Shown here: positions 1 through 8,355 of the stretch, piece by piece
Position numbering within the stretch: position 1 is the first letter of the stretch
How the letters are laid out: every line of letters starts with the position of its first letter
Source: Limisphaerales bacterium
GTDB taxonomy: Bacteria; Verrucomicrobiota; Verrucomicrobiia; Limisphaerales; SIBE01
DNA: 20,000 bases
Assembly: GCA_044225505.1 (NCBI GenBank)
Contig: JBGAIN010000023.1
Location: forward strand, 51,902 to 71,901
Direction: 5' to 3'
Notes under the pieces: model-generated
Told to the model about the DNA's origin: nothing
Databases searched by the model: none
What the model saw: the letters and a program-made list of their open reading frames with translations, nothing else
Program-made: the position numbers and the translations under genes

Positions 1-124
1 GAAACCGAAACGGCCCAAGTGGCGTCCTTTTATCCAGGTGAATCTTGGTCTGAGCTGCCATGACAGCTGGAAGCATTTTCTCGATCTCGCTTATTGGAAC
101 GTGGAGATCGGAGAAGACCCGCAT
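1..124 (-). CDS. 5' part of a hypothetical protein running off the left edge (MRVFSDLHVPISEIEKMLPAVMAAQTKIHLDKRTPLGPFRF...)
   Basis: ATG at 124 on the minus strand is preceded by GGAGG about 7 nt upstream, and the frame is open for 41 codons to the window edge. It is not in the ORF track because it is truncated. Confidence 0.55.
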   Translation of the reverse strand, partial: MRVFSDLHVPISEIEKMLPAVMAAQTKIHLDKRTPLGPFRF

Positions 125-161
125 TAGCAGTCCTCCGCTTTGCCCCGCTTGGCAGAATGAC

Positions 162-533
162 TTACAGGCGGGAGGGCTCCGTTTTCGCAGCTTCGATTAG
201 GTCCCAGAATTTCGGATTGGCCTGAAGCGCTGCGTCTTCGCCGAGCGGCAGGCGCGATCGGAAGAGAAAATCCTTCAGCGAGTTGCGATTCAGAATCCGA
301 TGAACCACAATGCCCAGTTCGTGCCGCTGAAAGTAAACCCGATAATCCCCCAAGCGGAATCGGTGTAACGCCTTTCCGTCCCGTTCGAGTTTCCCATATC
401 GTTCCAACTCGGAGTTCAACACGTCCTGGGGAAGGCCACGGAATTCGCCCAAAATATAAAGCTGCAGCTCCTTTGGCATCCGCGCGAGCTCCGCCGCGCT
501 CGTTGGGTTGAAGATGATTTGAAAGGGCCGCAT
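162..533 (-). CDS. RelE/ParE-superfamily (RelE/StbE-like) protein
   Basis: N-terminal 'FQIIFNPTSAAELARMPKELQ' and 'HRFRLGDYRVYF...VVHRILNR' match the RelE pattern (RxRxGDYRxxY). ATG at 533 is preferred over the ORF-track start at 566. Confidence 0.7.
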   Translation of the reverse strand: MRPFQIIFNPTSAAELARMPKELQLYILGEFRGLPQDVLNSELERYGKLERDGKALHRFRLGDYRVYFQRHELGIVVHRILNRNSLKDFLFRSRLPLGEDAALQANPKFWDLIEAAKTEPSRL

Positions 534-640
534 AGCGGTTCCGCTGGTCGATCGATTCACGCGCAAAGATCGACGCCATGTCAGTCATGGGAATTCAACC
601 TGTGTGAACTCAGTTCTACAACCCCGCTGAATGAGCGAAG

Positions 641-715
641 TGGTAGCGCGTACGGGAATCGAACCCGTCTTTCAGCCTTGAGAGGGCCGTGTCCTAACCG
701 ATAGACGAACGCGCC
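641..715 (-). tRNA. tRNA-Glu, anticodon CTC
   Basis: Minus strand reads GGCGCGTTCGTCTATCGGTTAGGACACGGCCCTCTCAAGGCTGAAAGACGGGTTCGATTCCCGTACGCGCTACCA. It has the acceptor stem GGCGCGT/ACGCGCT, anticodon arm CGGCC-CT-CTC-AA-GGCTG, T-loop GTTCGATTC and an encoded CCA. Confidence 0.97.
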
Positions 716-739
716 AAAGTGGATCCCAAAGTGTGTGAA

Positions 740-767
740 ATGCTAGAGTGGGAGGTCCGAATGTCAA
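740..767 (-). promoter_or_regulatory. sigma70-type promoter of the tRNA-Glu gene
   Basis: TTGACA (767-762), a 16-nt spacer and TAGCAT (745-740), about 25 nt upstream of the tRNA 5' end. Confidence 0.65.
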
Positions 768-773
768 TCCCGG

Positions 774-805
774 AAAAGGAAAAGCCGCCCTTTTGGGGCG
801 GCTTT
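774..805 (-). terminator. Rho-independent terminator after the PEP-CTERM gene
   Basis: Inverted repeat AAAGCCGCCC (781-790) / GGGCGGCTTT (796-805) with a 5-nt loop. On the minus strand it ends in TTTTCCTTTT, about 22 nt downstream of the stop at 828. Confidence 0.85.
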
Positions 806-827
806 GTGAGAACGCACTAACTTAATG

Positions 828-1352
828 TTACTTGCGACGGCGGAACATCAGCAACGCTCCGACACCGAGGGCGCCGAGAGCCAATGTTGCCGGTTCAGGA
901 ACCTGATTGATCACAAGGGGCGAGGTGCCCAATTGCAGGTTCGGAGGAGTGGCCGTGCCACCACCCAAGCCGTTCACGGTGTAAGGACCGAAGTCTTGGC
1001 TAAGGCCACCAGGTCCGAGAACGCGAACGAGGACGCTGGCGTTACCGCCGATCGCCACGCCAGGAACGGTTGGGGTGACCGAGGTCACATACCCTGCCGT
1101 CGTTGTTCCAGCTGCGCCACGGAAAGTGGTGCTAGCAGGATCCAGAGCCACGAGGGAACCCCCCACCGGGCCGCCGAGCAATGAAACTGTGTAGTCGGGA
1201 CTTCCGATCGAGCTGGTGCCAGTTGCGTCGCTCGAACTTACGAACCGGGCATTCACTTCAGTCCCGATGCGGTTGTTGAACACGAACTGCCCCTGACCAT
1301 AGGCAGCAATGGAGACCATTAACGCTGCCAGTGCGATGATTAGCTTTTTCAT
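828..1352 (-). CDS. PEP-CTERM sorting domain-containing secreted protein
   Basis: Signal peptide MKKLIIALAALMVSIAAYG. The C-terminus VPEPATLALGALGVGALLMFRRRK is the canonical PEP motif, TM helix and basic tail. The body is Gly/Thr/Ser-rich. Confidence 0.95.
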   Translation of the reverse strand: MKKLIIALAALMVSIAAYGQGQFVFNNRIGTEVNARFVSSSDATGTSSIGSPDYTVSLLGGPVGGSLVALDPASTTFRGAAGTTTAGYVTSVTPTVPGVAIGGNASVLVRVLGPGGLSQDFGPYTVNGLGGGTATPPNLQLGTSPLVINQVPEPATLALGALGVGALLMFRRRK

Positions 1353-1394
1353 AGTTGGTTAAGTTAGTACTGCTCTCGATTCTGACTAGTCTGC

Positions 1395-2054
1395 TTACTG
1401 GTTGACATTGAACTGACGGGTCCACGTAACCGGCTTAGCCAATTTAACGAACACTGCCTCACCGACGTCGAAGGTAAGGGGCTTATCCCAGTCATCTGAC
1501 AAGTCGTCATAGGTCGCGACCAGATATTTTTGATCCGTCGTGAACTTATAGACTTGATCGCCAGCGGTCAGTCCTTGCGCGGCGGTGTGAGGGAACGAGA
1601 GATCAGCGGGTGTCCCGGCCTGCGGCACCTGCGAACTGACCATCTGCAATCCCGCAACCAAGGCGGTGTTCAGAGTGCCCTGAGGAACTTCACCGACGAA
1701 CGTGATCGTCAACGGAGTCGCTGTCGGGTTCTTAACGAAAACGCCCTGTCCAGGCAGAAGCGTCTTAGGTCCAACCGCTGTGCCGAAGGAGTTGTCCAAG
1801 TCGTCATACGTTCCTACGTCATATCCCTTTCCAGGGGTATAAACATAGATTTGCGTTCCAACTGGAACACCAGCGAACAACGCGTCGATCGTGTTCGTCG
1901 CCGCTTTGAGCGGGTTCGAGATCATCGCGAATCCGCTGGCAGGAATCGTCTTGTTGACGTACCCAACAGCATTAACAGAGAAGACCTGCGCCATGGAGGT
2001 GGCAGCGCCTGCTGCGCCAACGGCAGCTATCAGAAGCAACGTTTTTGTTCTCAT
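1395..2054 (-). CDS. Secreted hypothetical protein with a two-fold internal repeat, upstream of the PEP-CTERM gene
   Basis: Signal peptide MRTKTLLLIAAVGAAGAATSMA, a beta-rich mature part starting QVFSVNAVGYVN and ending WTRQFNVNQ, and a 42-nt gap to the next gene. Confidence 0.88.
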   Translation of the reverse strand: MRTKTLLLIAAVGAAGAATSMAQVFSVNAVGYVNKTIPASGFAMISNPLKAATNTIDALFAGVPVGTQIYVYTPGKGYDVGTYDDLDNSFGTAVGPKTLLPGQGVFVKNPTATPLTITFVGEVPQGTLNTALVAGLQMVSSQVPQAGTPADLSFPHTAAQGLTAGDQVYKFTTDQKYLVATYDDLSDDWDKPLTFDVGEAVFVKLAKPVTWTRQFNVNQ

Positions 2055-2085
2055 TTTGTTGTTTGTTTATTCCGTGTGTGGCGGC

Positions 2086-2132
2086 ACTTTCTCAAATCGA
2101 CTAGGGGGTGTCAACATTTTTTTGAACAATTT
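2086..2132 (-). promoter_or_regulatory. Strong sigma70-type promoter for the 2054/1352 operon
   Basis: Perfect TTGACA (2114-2109), 17-nt spacer ending in TGA (extended -10), GAAAGT (2091-2086) and an A/T-rich UP-like tract (AAAATTGTTCAAAAAAATG) directly upstream. Confidence 0.65.
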
Positions 2133-2374
2133 TCCCGCTGCGTTTGTCCACTTCCGCTGCGCCTCCCGCAGCTTTTCTTACCTCCCGATCTTGCCGACTC
2201 CAGCGCTCCTCGTAACGTCAGTTCAACAAAACCAACTGACCTGCTCCGCAACGGGTTACGCTATCTTTGGAGAGAGCGTCCTCGAGTTTCGTTCTAGCCG
2301 CCATCCTTCTCTCTGCCCCGGAACTCACCTTCCCGCCAAGTCCGTGCCTCGTATCCACTCAAAACTTCCAGATT

Positions 2375-3448
2375 TCATGGTAAATCACTGCGCACGATAA
2401 CCTTAAGCGATCCAGGCTGCGGGTGAGCCGCCAGCTGAATGGCCTCCTCCGCCCGCGCCAGCGGAAATTCGTGTGTAACCAACTCACGCACATCAAATTC
2501 GCGTGCGAACACCGTCCTGGCCACTTCCTGTTGTATCGTAATATCTGCAGAGTAGCTCCCGATAAGATCCTTTTCATCGACACAGACCGCCGTCAGATCC
2601 ACAGGGCTCTCAGCCGCACGTCGAGTATGAGCAAAAAGCAACACCTTACCCCCAGGCCGAACTAATCGTTGAGCTTCCCTCACGACTCGATCAACCGGAA
2701 CGGCCACGACTACGGCATCCACCCCACGCCCTCCCGTCAGATCAAGCAACTGGCTGGCGAACTGCTCCACTTCGCCTGCGAACGTCCATTGGGCGCCAAA
2801 GCTCCTAGCTTTGTCTAACTTGGCCGGGACCAGGTCACACGCAGCGACACGAGCTTTTCGAAGGGCCAGGAGTTTGGTGAACATCAATCCGATAGGGCCT
2901 ACTCCGATGACAAGGACGGTATCGCCTTCGAGCAACGCCAGACGCTGCACGGCTTTTAAGACGGTGTTGACCGGTTCGAGCATGGCACCTTCGAGAAATG
3001 TGTTCCCATCGGGAATCCGCACGATTCCGCCGAACACGAAGGGCATGACGCGGACGTACTCGGCAAATCCGCCTCCGGAAGGTTCGAATCCAGCGGTGAT
3101 TCCGGTCCGCTTGTATTGCTGACACTGCGCATAGGCGCCGTGGCGACACTCATGGCAAGCTTGGCAGGGCACGTGGTGATGAAGAGCCACCCGCTCTCCC
3201 ACTCGGAAGTCACGCACGTTCGCGCCCGTTTGCACGATGGTGCCGGCGGTTTCGTGCCCAAAAATGCGCGGCGGAGGCACCGTGCCGTACTGAATCTTCT
3301 TAATGTCCGTTGGACAGACGCCGCAGACCGCCACTTTGACTAGTATTTCGTCAGGGCCGATCGACGGCACAGGTACAACCTCAAGACGAAGGTCGTTCGC
3401 CCCTCGATACACCAACGCGGACATCTGCTTTGAGACTTGATCGATCAC
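2375..3448 (-). CDS. Zinc-dependent medium-chain dehydrogenase (sorbitol/threonine dehydrogenase-like)
   Basis: GVCPTD and GHE catalytic Zn motifs, structural Zn site CQACHECRHGAYAQC, Rossmann motif GVGPIG and C-terminal KVIV. The start is GTG 3448 or ATG 3424. Confidence 0.93.
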   Translation of the reverse strand: MIDQVSKQMSALVYRGANDLRLEVVPVPSIGPDEILVKVAVCGVCPTDIKKIQYGTVPPPRIFGHETAGTIVQTGANVRDFRVGERVALHHHVPCQACHECRHGAYAQCQQYKRTGITAGFEPSGGGFAEYVRVMPFVFGGIVRIPDGNTFLEGAMLEPVNTVLKAVQRLALLEGDTVLVIGVGPIGLMFTKLLALRKARVAACDLVPAKLDKARSFGAQWTFAGEVEQFASQLLDLTGGRGVDAVVVAVPVDRVVREAQRLVRPGGKVLLFAHTRRAAESPVDLTAVCVDEKDLIGSYSADITIQQEVARTVFAREFDVRELVTHEFPLARAEEAIQLAAHPQPGSLKVIVRSDLP

Positions 3449-3559
3449 GATCTAGCCAATAGCGAAAATCCGTCTCCAACGGAAGCGTTGTTCACGCAAG
3501 CGAGAATTCTTTTGCCAGCCTTAGGCGCTTGAGAAAGATTGAGTTCTTAATCGTGCACG

Positions 3560-6500
3560 ATGTCACTTAAAAGCCTCACTTTGATGATGGTCGCCCTGGG
3601 AGCAGGCTGGCTTGCTTGGCATTCGTCTTCCCATGGGGCCACGGTGATGGAACGGCCAGGCGTTCGACTGACCTCGTTGCCAGCTGTGGAAACGAGCCCG
3701 CCGGGGTTCACGTCCATGCCACCGCTCGCCACTGGCATCCTCTTTACTAATTACATCTCCGAGTCGCGTCATCTCACCAATCAGATTCTACTGAATGGTT
3801 CGGGCGTCGCTGTTGGAGATGTGGATGGCGATGGCTGGTGCGATCTCTACTTCTGCAGCATTGACGGTCCAAACCGACTTTATCGAAACCTTGGGAATTG
3901 GCGGTTTGAAGATGTAACCCAAGCCGCTGGCGTGGAGTGCCCAAATCTCGATGCGACCGGAGCGTTGTTCTCTGACTTGGATGGTGATGGCGATCTCGAT
4001 TTGGTCGTGAATTCTGTCGGTGGTGGCACTTGGGTATTTGCGAACGATGGCCGCGGCCATTTTACCCGGACCGCGCAACTGGACGGCCGCAAAGGGGGCA
4101 TGTCCGCAGCGGCCGGAGATTTGGACGGAGACGGTTTCCTGGATCTTTACATTGCCAATTATCGGACGACCGCCCTGATGGATATGCCAAACGCGAGGGC
4201 AACGTTCAAAGTGGTCGATGGAAAGAATACCATTGATCGAGTGAACGGCCGGCCACTCACTGACCCGGCGCTGACCAATCGTTTCATTGTCGGCAGGTTT
4301 GGCTCAGTTGAAGAACTTGGGGAAGCAGATAGCTACTACCGGAATCAGGGCGGGACGAATTTCACGGAGATTGGCTTTACGAGCGGGGCGTTCCTGGACG
4401 AGGACGGTCACACGTTGACCAGTCCTCCGCTCGATTGGGGGCTCTCCGTGGTTATTCGGGACATCGATGGCGATGGCCAACCGGATCTCTACGTTTGCAA
4501 CGATTTTGAGACACCAGATCGGCTCTGGCTGAATCGGGCAAACGGTCATCTGCAAGCAGCTCCAGCCCTAACGCTGCGCAAGAGCAGCCTCTTCTCCATG
4601 GGAATCGATTTCGCTGACATCAATCGAGATGGACGCGACGATTTCCTGGTGGCGGACATGCTCAACCGCGATCATCGCTTGCGCCTCACGCAAATGCTGC
4701 CTTTACCGCCGCTTCCGGAAGAAGTGTCAGGAATCACCGGTCGTCCCCAGTATATGGCGAGCACGCTCTTTCTCAACCGCGGGGATGGAACATACGCCGA
4801 GATCGCCGCACTCGCGGGCCTGGAAGCTTTTGATTGGTCTTGGTTGCCGATCTTTCTCGATGTGGATCTGGATGGGTGGGAGGACCTCTTGGTTTCCACC
4901 GGCCACGAACGGGCTGCTCGCGATCTCGATATTGCCGATCAAATGAAGCTCTTGCGCCGGAACCGACGCAGTCTCTCGGACGCAGAGATCTTTCAGGCTC
5001 GCCGAGCTTTCCCTCGTCTTGCCACAGGCAATTTAGCCTTCCGCAATCGCGGCGACCTGACGTTTGAAGAGGTCGGAAAAGAATGGGGCTTCAATGATCG
5101 CAGCGTTTCTCAAGGAATGGCCCTGGCTGACCTGGACAACGACGGCGACCTGGATGTCGTGGTCAACAAATCCAACGCCGCCGCCGGCATTTACCGAAAT
5201 AACTGCGCTGCTCCCCGCCTCGCCGTCCGCCTCATCGGGTTGTCGCCGAACACGGCTGGGATCGGCGCCCGGATTACCGTCCAAGGCGCTGGCCTGCCAA
5301 TGCAAAGCCAGGAGATGGTCAGCGGCGGGCGCTATCTTTCGTGTGACCAGGCCATGCGCGTGTTTGCCGCAGGATCTGCCACAAACGTCTTAAGAGTCGA
5401 CGTGCGCTGGCGTAACGGCAAGCACACGATTGTTCCGCAGGCGAAGCCAAACTCATTGTGCGAGGTCAATGAAAAGGCGGCTCAGGAATCGAGCCTACTT
5501 TCCCCGACGACCCCGCGTCGCTCTGAGCCACCCGCGAGTCCGGGGTTCCAAGATCTCAGCGCTGCGCTCCATCATGTGCATCAGGATCCGACGTTTAATG
5601 ACTACGCCCGCCAGCCGTTAATCCCTTACCGGCTCAGTCAATTGGGACCCGGGGTAACATGGTTTGACGTCAATCGCGATGGCTGGGAAGACGTGGTTTT
5701 GCCCAGCGGCAAAGGAGGGCGATTGGCGATCTATACGAACAATACGCATGGTGGGTTCGGTGCTTTAACATTGCCCATATTGGCCGCCCCGATAGCCCGG
5801 GATCAAACGACCGTTATGGCCTGGGAGAGCGACGCTACGAACATCACGCTCCTGGCCGGATCAGCGATCTACGAAGACGCGACCTCAGCTGGCCCTGCGC
5901 TTCGCATCTATGAGCTGAGTTCAGGCGCTGTCACAGAAAATTTCCCGGCTTCACCTTCGAGCACAGGCCCGCTCGCCCTCGCGGATGTCAATGGGGACGG
6001 ACAACTTGATCTCTTTGTCGGCGGTCGGAGCGTGCCAGGAAAGTACCCAGCCGCCAGCTCGAGCGGCCTTTACCTCTTCCAACAAGGCCGGTTTGAATTG
6101 GACGCACGGAACGCCATGATCCTCACTAACCTTGGGATGGTAAGCGGCGCTGTTTTTAGCGATCTCGACAATGACGGCGATGCCGATCTCGTCCTGGCAT
6201 GTGAGTGGGGCCCAATCCGAGTGCTCGGGAATGAGCATGGCGTTTTTTCCGACCGCACCGACGCGCTCGGCCTCGGACGCTGGACAGGTTGGTGGAATGG
6301 AGTAAGCACGGGGGATTTTGACGGGGATGGCCGGCTGGATATCGTCGCGTCGAATTGGGGTCGCAACACGAAGTATCAGAGCTACCGGGCCGAACCTCTG
6401 CAAGTTTACTATGGCGACTTTGACGGCGATGGCACAGCCGATCTCATCGAGGCTCATTACGACGCCAGCCTGAAGAAGGTTGTTCCCGACCGACCTCTGG

Positions 6501-7306
6501 GCCCGATGGCTCAAGCGATGCCATTCTTGCGCGGACGATTCGCCACCCATCGCGCTTACGCCGAGGCCAGCGTGGCGGAGTTGCTCGGGGATTTTTCCAA
6601 TTCGGCGAAATCCTGGTCTGCCGCTTGCCTTGAATCGATGGTGTTTCTTAACCGTGGGGATCATTTCGAAGCGCACGCCCTGCCGGTAGAGGCGCAAATG
6701 GCTCCGGCCTTTGGCGTGAGTATTGGGGACCTTGACGGGGATGGTTACGAGGATGTTTTGCTCAGCCAAAACATCTTCGCGGTCCAGCCAGAGACACCAC
6801 GTTGCGATGCAGGGCTCGGGTTGTGGCTCCGCGGAGACGGTCGCGGTGGATTCTCGACCGTGTCCAGCCAGGAGTCTGGCATTCGAATTTTCGGGGAGCA
6901 ACGAGGCGCCGCTCTGTGCGACTTTGATCACGATGGCAAAGTCGACTTGCTCGTGGCCCAAAACGCCGCGGAGACGAAGCTCTACCGTAATTTGCGCGCA
7001 CGTCCGGGACTGCGCGTGCGGCTTAAAGGGAGCCAGGGCAACATGCAGGGCGTCGGCGCAACGCTCCGGCTGGTTGAAGGAAACCGGGTCGGTCCTGCGC
7101 GAGAGATTCATGCGGGCGCTGGGTACTGGTCGCAAGACGCCGCGTGTCAGGTCATGAACTTGGACGCTACCCCCACCGGCCTTCTGGTGCGGTGGCCCGG
7201 CGGGAAGGAAACCCGGTCCGTCCTTCCGGGTGGGGCCCGAGAGGTGATGGTAGATATGGAAGGCCGCGTCGAAGTTGTGAGTCGCTCTGGAGCGTCGTCG
7301 CGGTAA
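3560..7306 (+). CDS. Secreted FG-GAP/VCBS-repeat protein with ASPIC/UnbV domains (CRTAC1-like), tandem duplicated architecture
   Basis: Signal peptide and many D[LFVI]DGDGxxDL repeats. Two ASPIC/UnbV-like segments: 'NTAGIGARITV...GGRYLS...VRWRNG' and 'NMQGVGATLRL...GAGYWSQD...VRWPGG'. Confidence 0.92.
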   Translation: MSLKSLTLMMVALGAGWLAWHSSSHGATVMERPGVRLTSLPAVETSPPGFTSMPPLATGILFTNYISESRHLTNQILLNGSGVAVGDVDGDGWCDLYFCSIDGPNRLYRNLGNWRFEDVTQAAGVECPNLDATGALFSDLDGDGDLDLVVNSVGGGTWVFANDGRGHFTRTAQLDGRKGGMSAAAGDLDGDGFLDLYIANYRTTALMDMPNARATFKVVDGKNTIDRVNGRPLTDPALTNRFIVGRFGSVEELGEADSYYRNQGGTNFTEIGFTSGAFLDEDGHTLTSPPLDWGLSVVIRDIDGDGQPDLYVCNDFETPDRLWLNRANGHLQAAPALTLRKSSLFSMGIDFADINRDGRDDFLVADMLNRDHRLRLTQMLPLPPLPEEVSGITGRPQYMASTLFLNRGDGTYAEIAALAGLEAFDWSWLPIFLDVDLDGWEDLLVSTGHERAARDLDIADQMKLLRRNRRSLSDAEIFQARRAFPRLATGNLAFRNRGDLTFEEVGKEWGFNDRSVSQGMALADLDNDGDLDVVVNKSNAAAGIYRNNCAAPRLAVRLIGLSPNTAGIGARITVQGAGLPMQSQEMVSGGRYLSCDQAMRVFAAGSATNVLRVDVRWRNGKHTIVPQAKPNSLCEVNEKAAQESSLLSPTTPRRSEPPASPGFQDLSAALHHVHQDPTFNDYARQPLIPYRLSQLGPGVTWFDVNRDGWEDVVLPSGKGGRLAIYTNNTHGGFGALTLPILAAPIARDQTTVMAWESDATNITLLAGSAIYEDATSAGPALRIYELSSGAVTENFPASPSSTGPLALADVNGDGQLDLFVGGRSVPGKYPAASSSGLYLFQQGRFELDARNAMILTNLGMVSGAVFSDLDNDGDADLVLACEWGPIRVLGNEHGVFSDRTDALGLGRWTGWWNGVSTGDFDGDGRLDIVASNWGRNTKYQSYRAEPLQVYYGDFDGDGTADLIEAHYDASLKKVVPDRPLGPMAQAMPFLRGRFATHRAYAEASVAELLGDFSNSAKSWSAACLESMVFLNRGDHFEAHALPVEAQMAPAFGVSIGDLDGDGYEDVLLSQNIFAVQPETPRCDAGLGLWLRGDGRGGFSTVSSQESGIRIFGEQRGAALCDFDHDGKVDLLVAQNAAETKLYRNLRARPGLRVRLKGSQGNMQGVGATLRLVEGNRVGPAREIHAGAGYWSQDAACQVMNLDATPTGLLVRWPGGKETRSVLPGGAREVMVDMEGRVEVVSRSGASSR

Positions 7307-7436
7307 GTGCGTGTGCGAGTCGCACACCCCGGCGGTGGCCTTAGCGCTGGTCGCCCCCCACGAATTCCGACAGGCATCCCAGCATTGGACGCAAGCCCGC
7401 GTTGAACCCAAACCGATCTGCCTCTATAACTCAACC

Positions 7437-8318
7437 ATGAATCGACGCACTTTTATTCGAACGACCGTCGCCAGCGCCGCGTCTTTGGCGACGCTTTCTC
7501 TTCCTTCCACCAGCACCGCGGCGCCTGTCGATTGGCCGATAGGGTGCTTTAATCGAGCTTGGACTAAATGGAGCTACGACGATGCTCTCGATGGAATTCA
7601 AGCCGCTGGCTACAAGCTGACCGGTTTGCTCACCGGGCAACGCGGCGAAGCTTTCACTTCCCCGACGGCCACCCCAGAATATCTGGACAGCCTCAAGAAG
7701 CGAGTGGCCCAGCGAGGCCTGACACTAAATATGACGACCATCCAGTTTCGTCCGGATGGCTTGCTGGACGACAACCTGGCGAACGTGCGCAAGCAGATCG
7801 AAAACGCCGCCCGTCTAGAACTCAAGTTCATGCTTACCTTCGGCGTCGACAAACCAACGCAATACGACAACTTCTACCGCCTCATGGCGGCCGCGGCTGC
7901 TGAAGGGGACAAGCACGGCTTGCGAATTGTCCTTAAACCGCACGGGGGCGGGAGCGGGGCTTCCGAAGAGATCTTGCGTTGCCTCGAGAAGGTGGCGCAT
8001 CCCAATTTCAAGATTTGGTACGATGCGGGTAACATTATCTATTACACCGGCAAAGACCCTGTCGCCGAGCTGGAGCCCATCGTCCGTTCCGTGACCGGAT
8101 TCTGCGCCAAAGATTGTCCCGGGCCGAAAGGTGAAGTGATGTCGCAATTCGGCACGGGCAAGGTCGACTTCAAGGGGGTCTTCGCGAAATTGAAGTCTGC
8201 TGCTTTTCAAGGCCCGATCATGGTGGAAGGAATCAAAGTGGGTTCCACCCCGCAAGAGACGACGGCCAACGCGCGGGCGAACAGAGAATATCTGGAAAAG
8301 GTCTTGGCCTCGCTCTAA
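7437..8318 (+). CDS. Tat-exported sugar phosphate isomerase/epimerase-family (xylose isomerase-like TIM barrel) protein
   Basis: MNRRTFI twin-arginine signal at ATG 7437 (preferred over 7311). 'IWYDAGN', 'AKD...FGTGKVDFKGVFAKLK...FQGPIMVE' are typical of the AP_endonuc_2 family. Confidence 0.85.
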   Translation: MNRRTFIRTTVASAASLATLSLPSTSTAAPVDWPIGCFNRAWTKWSYDDALDGIQAAGYKLTGLLTGQRGEAFTSPTATPEYLDSLKKRVAQRGLTLNMTTIQFRPDGLLDDNLANVRKQIENAARLELKFMLTFGVDKPTQYDNFYRLMAAAAAEGDKHGLRIVLKPHGGGSGASEEILRCLEKVAHPNFKIWYDAGNIIYYTGKDPVAELEPIVRSVTGFCAKDCPGPKGEVMSQFGTGKVDFKGVFAKLKSAAFQGPIMVEGIKVGSTPQETTANARANREYLEKVLASL

Positions 8319-8355
8319 CTCCGCCCAAAAGACCTGCTTCCTTCTCCAGGAAATT

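Noticed and set aside
124..588. 154-aa minus-strand ORF as a possible antitoxin
   Set aside because: It is an alternative frame fully overlapping the RelE-like gene and has no antitoxin features.
560..715. Genomic island or prophage attachment at tRNA-Glu
   Set aside because: No integrase, no duplicated tRNA 3' end noticed and no obvious compositional shift within the window. It cannot be excluded beyond the left edge.
1530..2400. 255-aa and 169-aa plus-strand ORFs
   Set aside because: Antisense to the secreted protein and crossing its promoter. They look like shadow ORFs.
3551..3560. 10-bp perfect palindrome TCGTGCACGA at the start of the large gene
   Set aside because: Palindromes of this length are expected by chance many times in 20 kb, and there is no supporting context.
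5951..7411. 486-aa minus-strand ORF
   Set aside because: Antisense shadow of the well-supported FG-GAP/ASPIC gene in GC-rich DNA, with no recognisable motifs.
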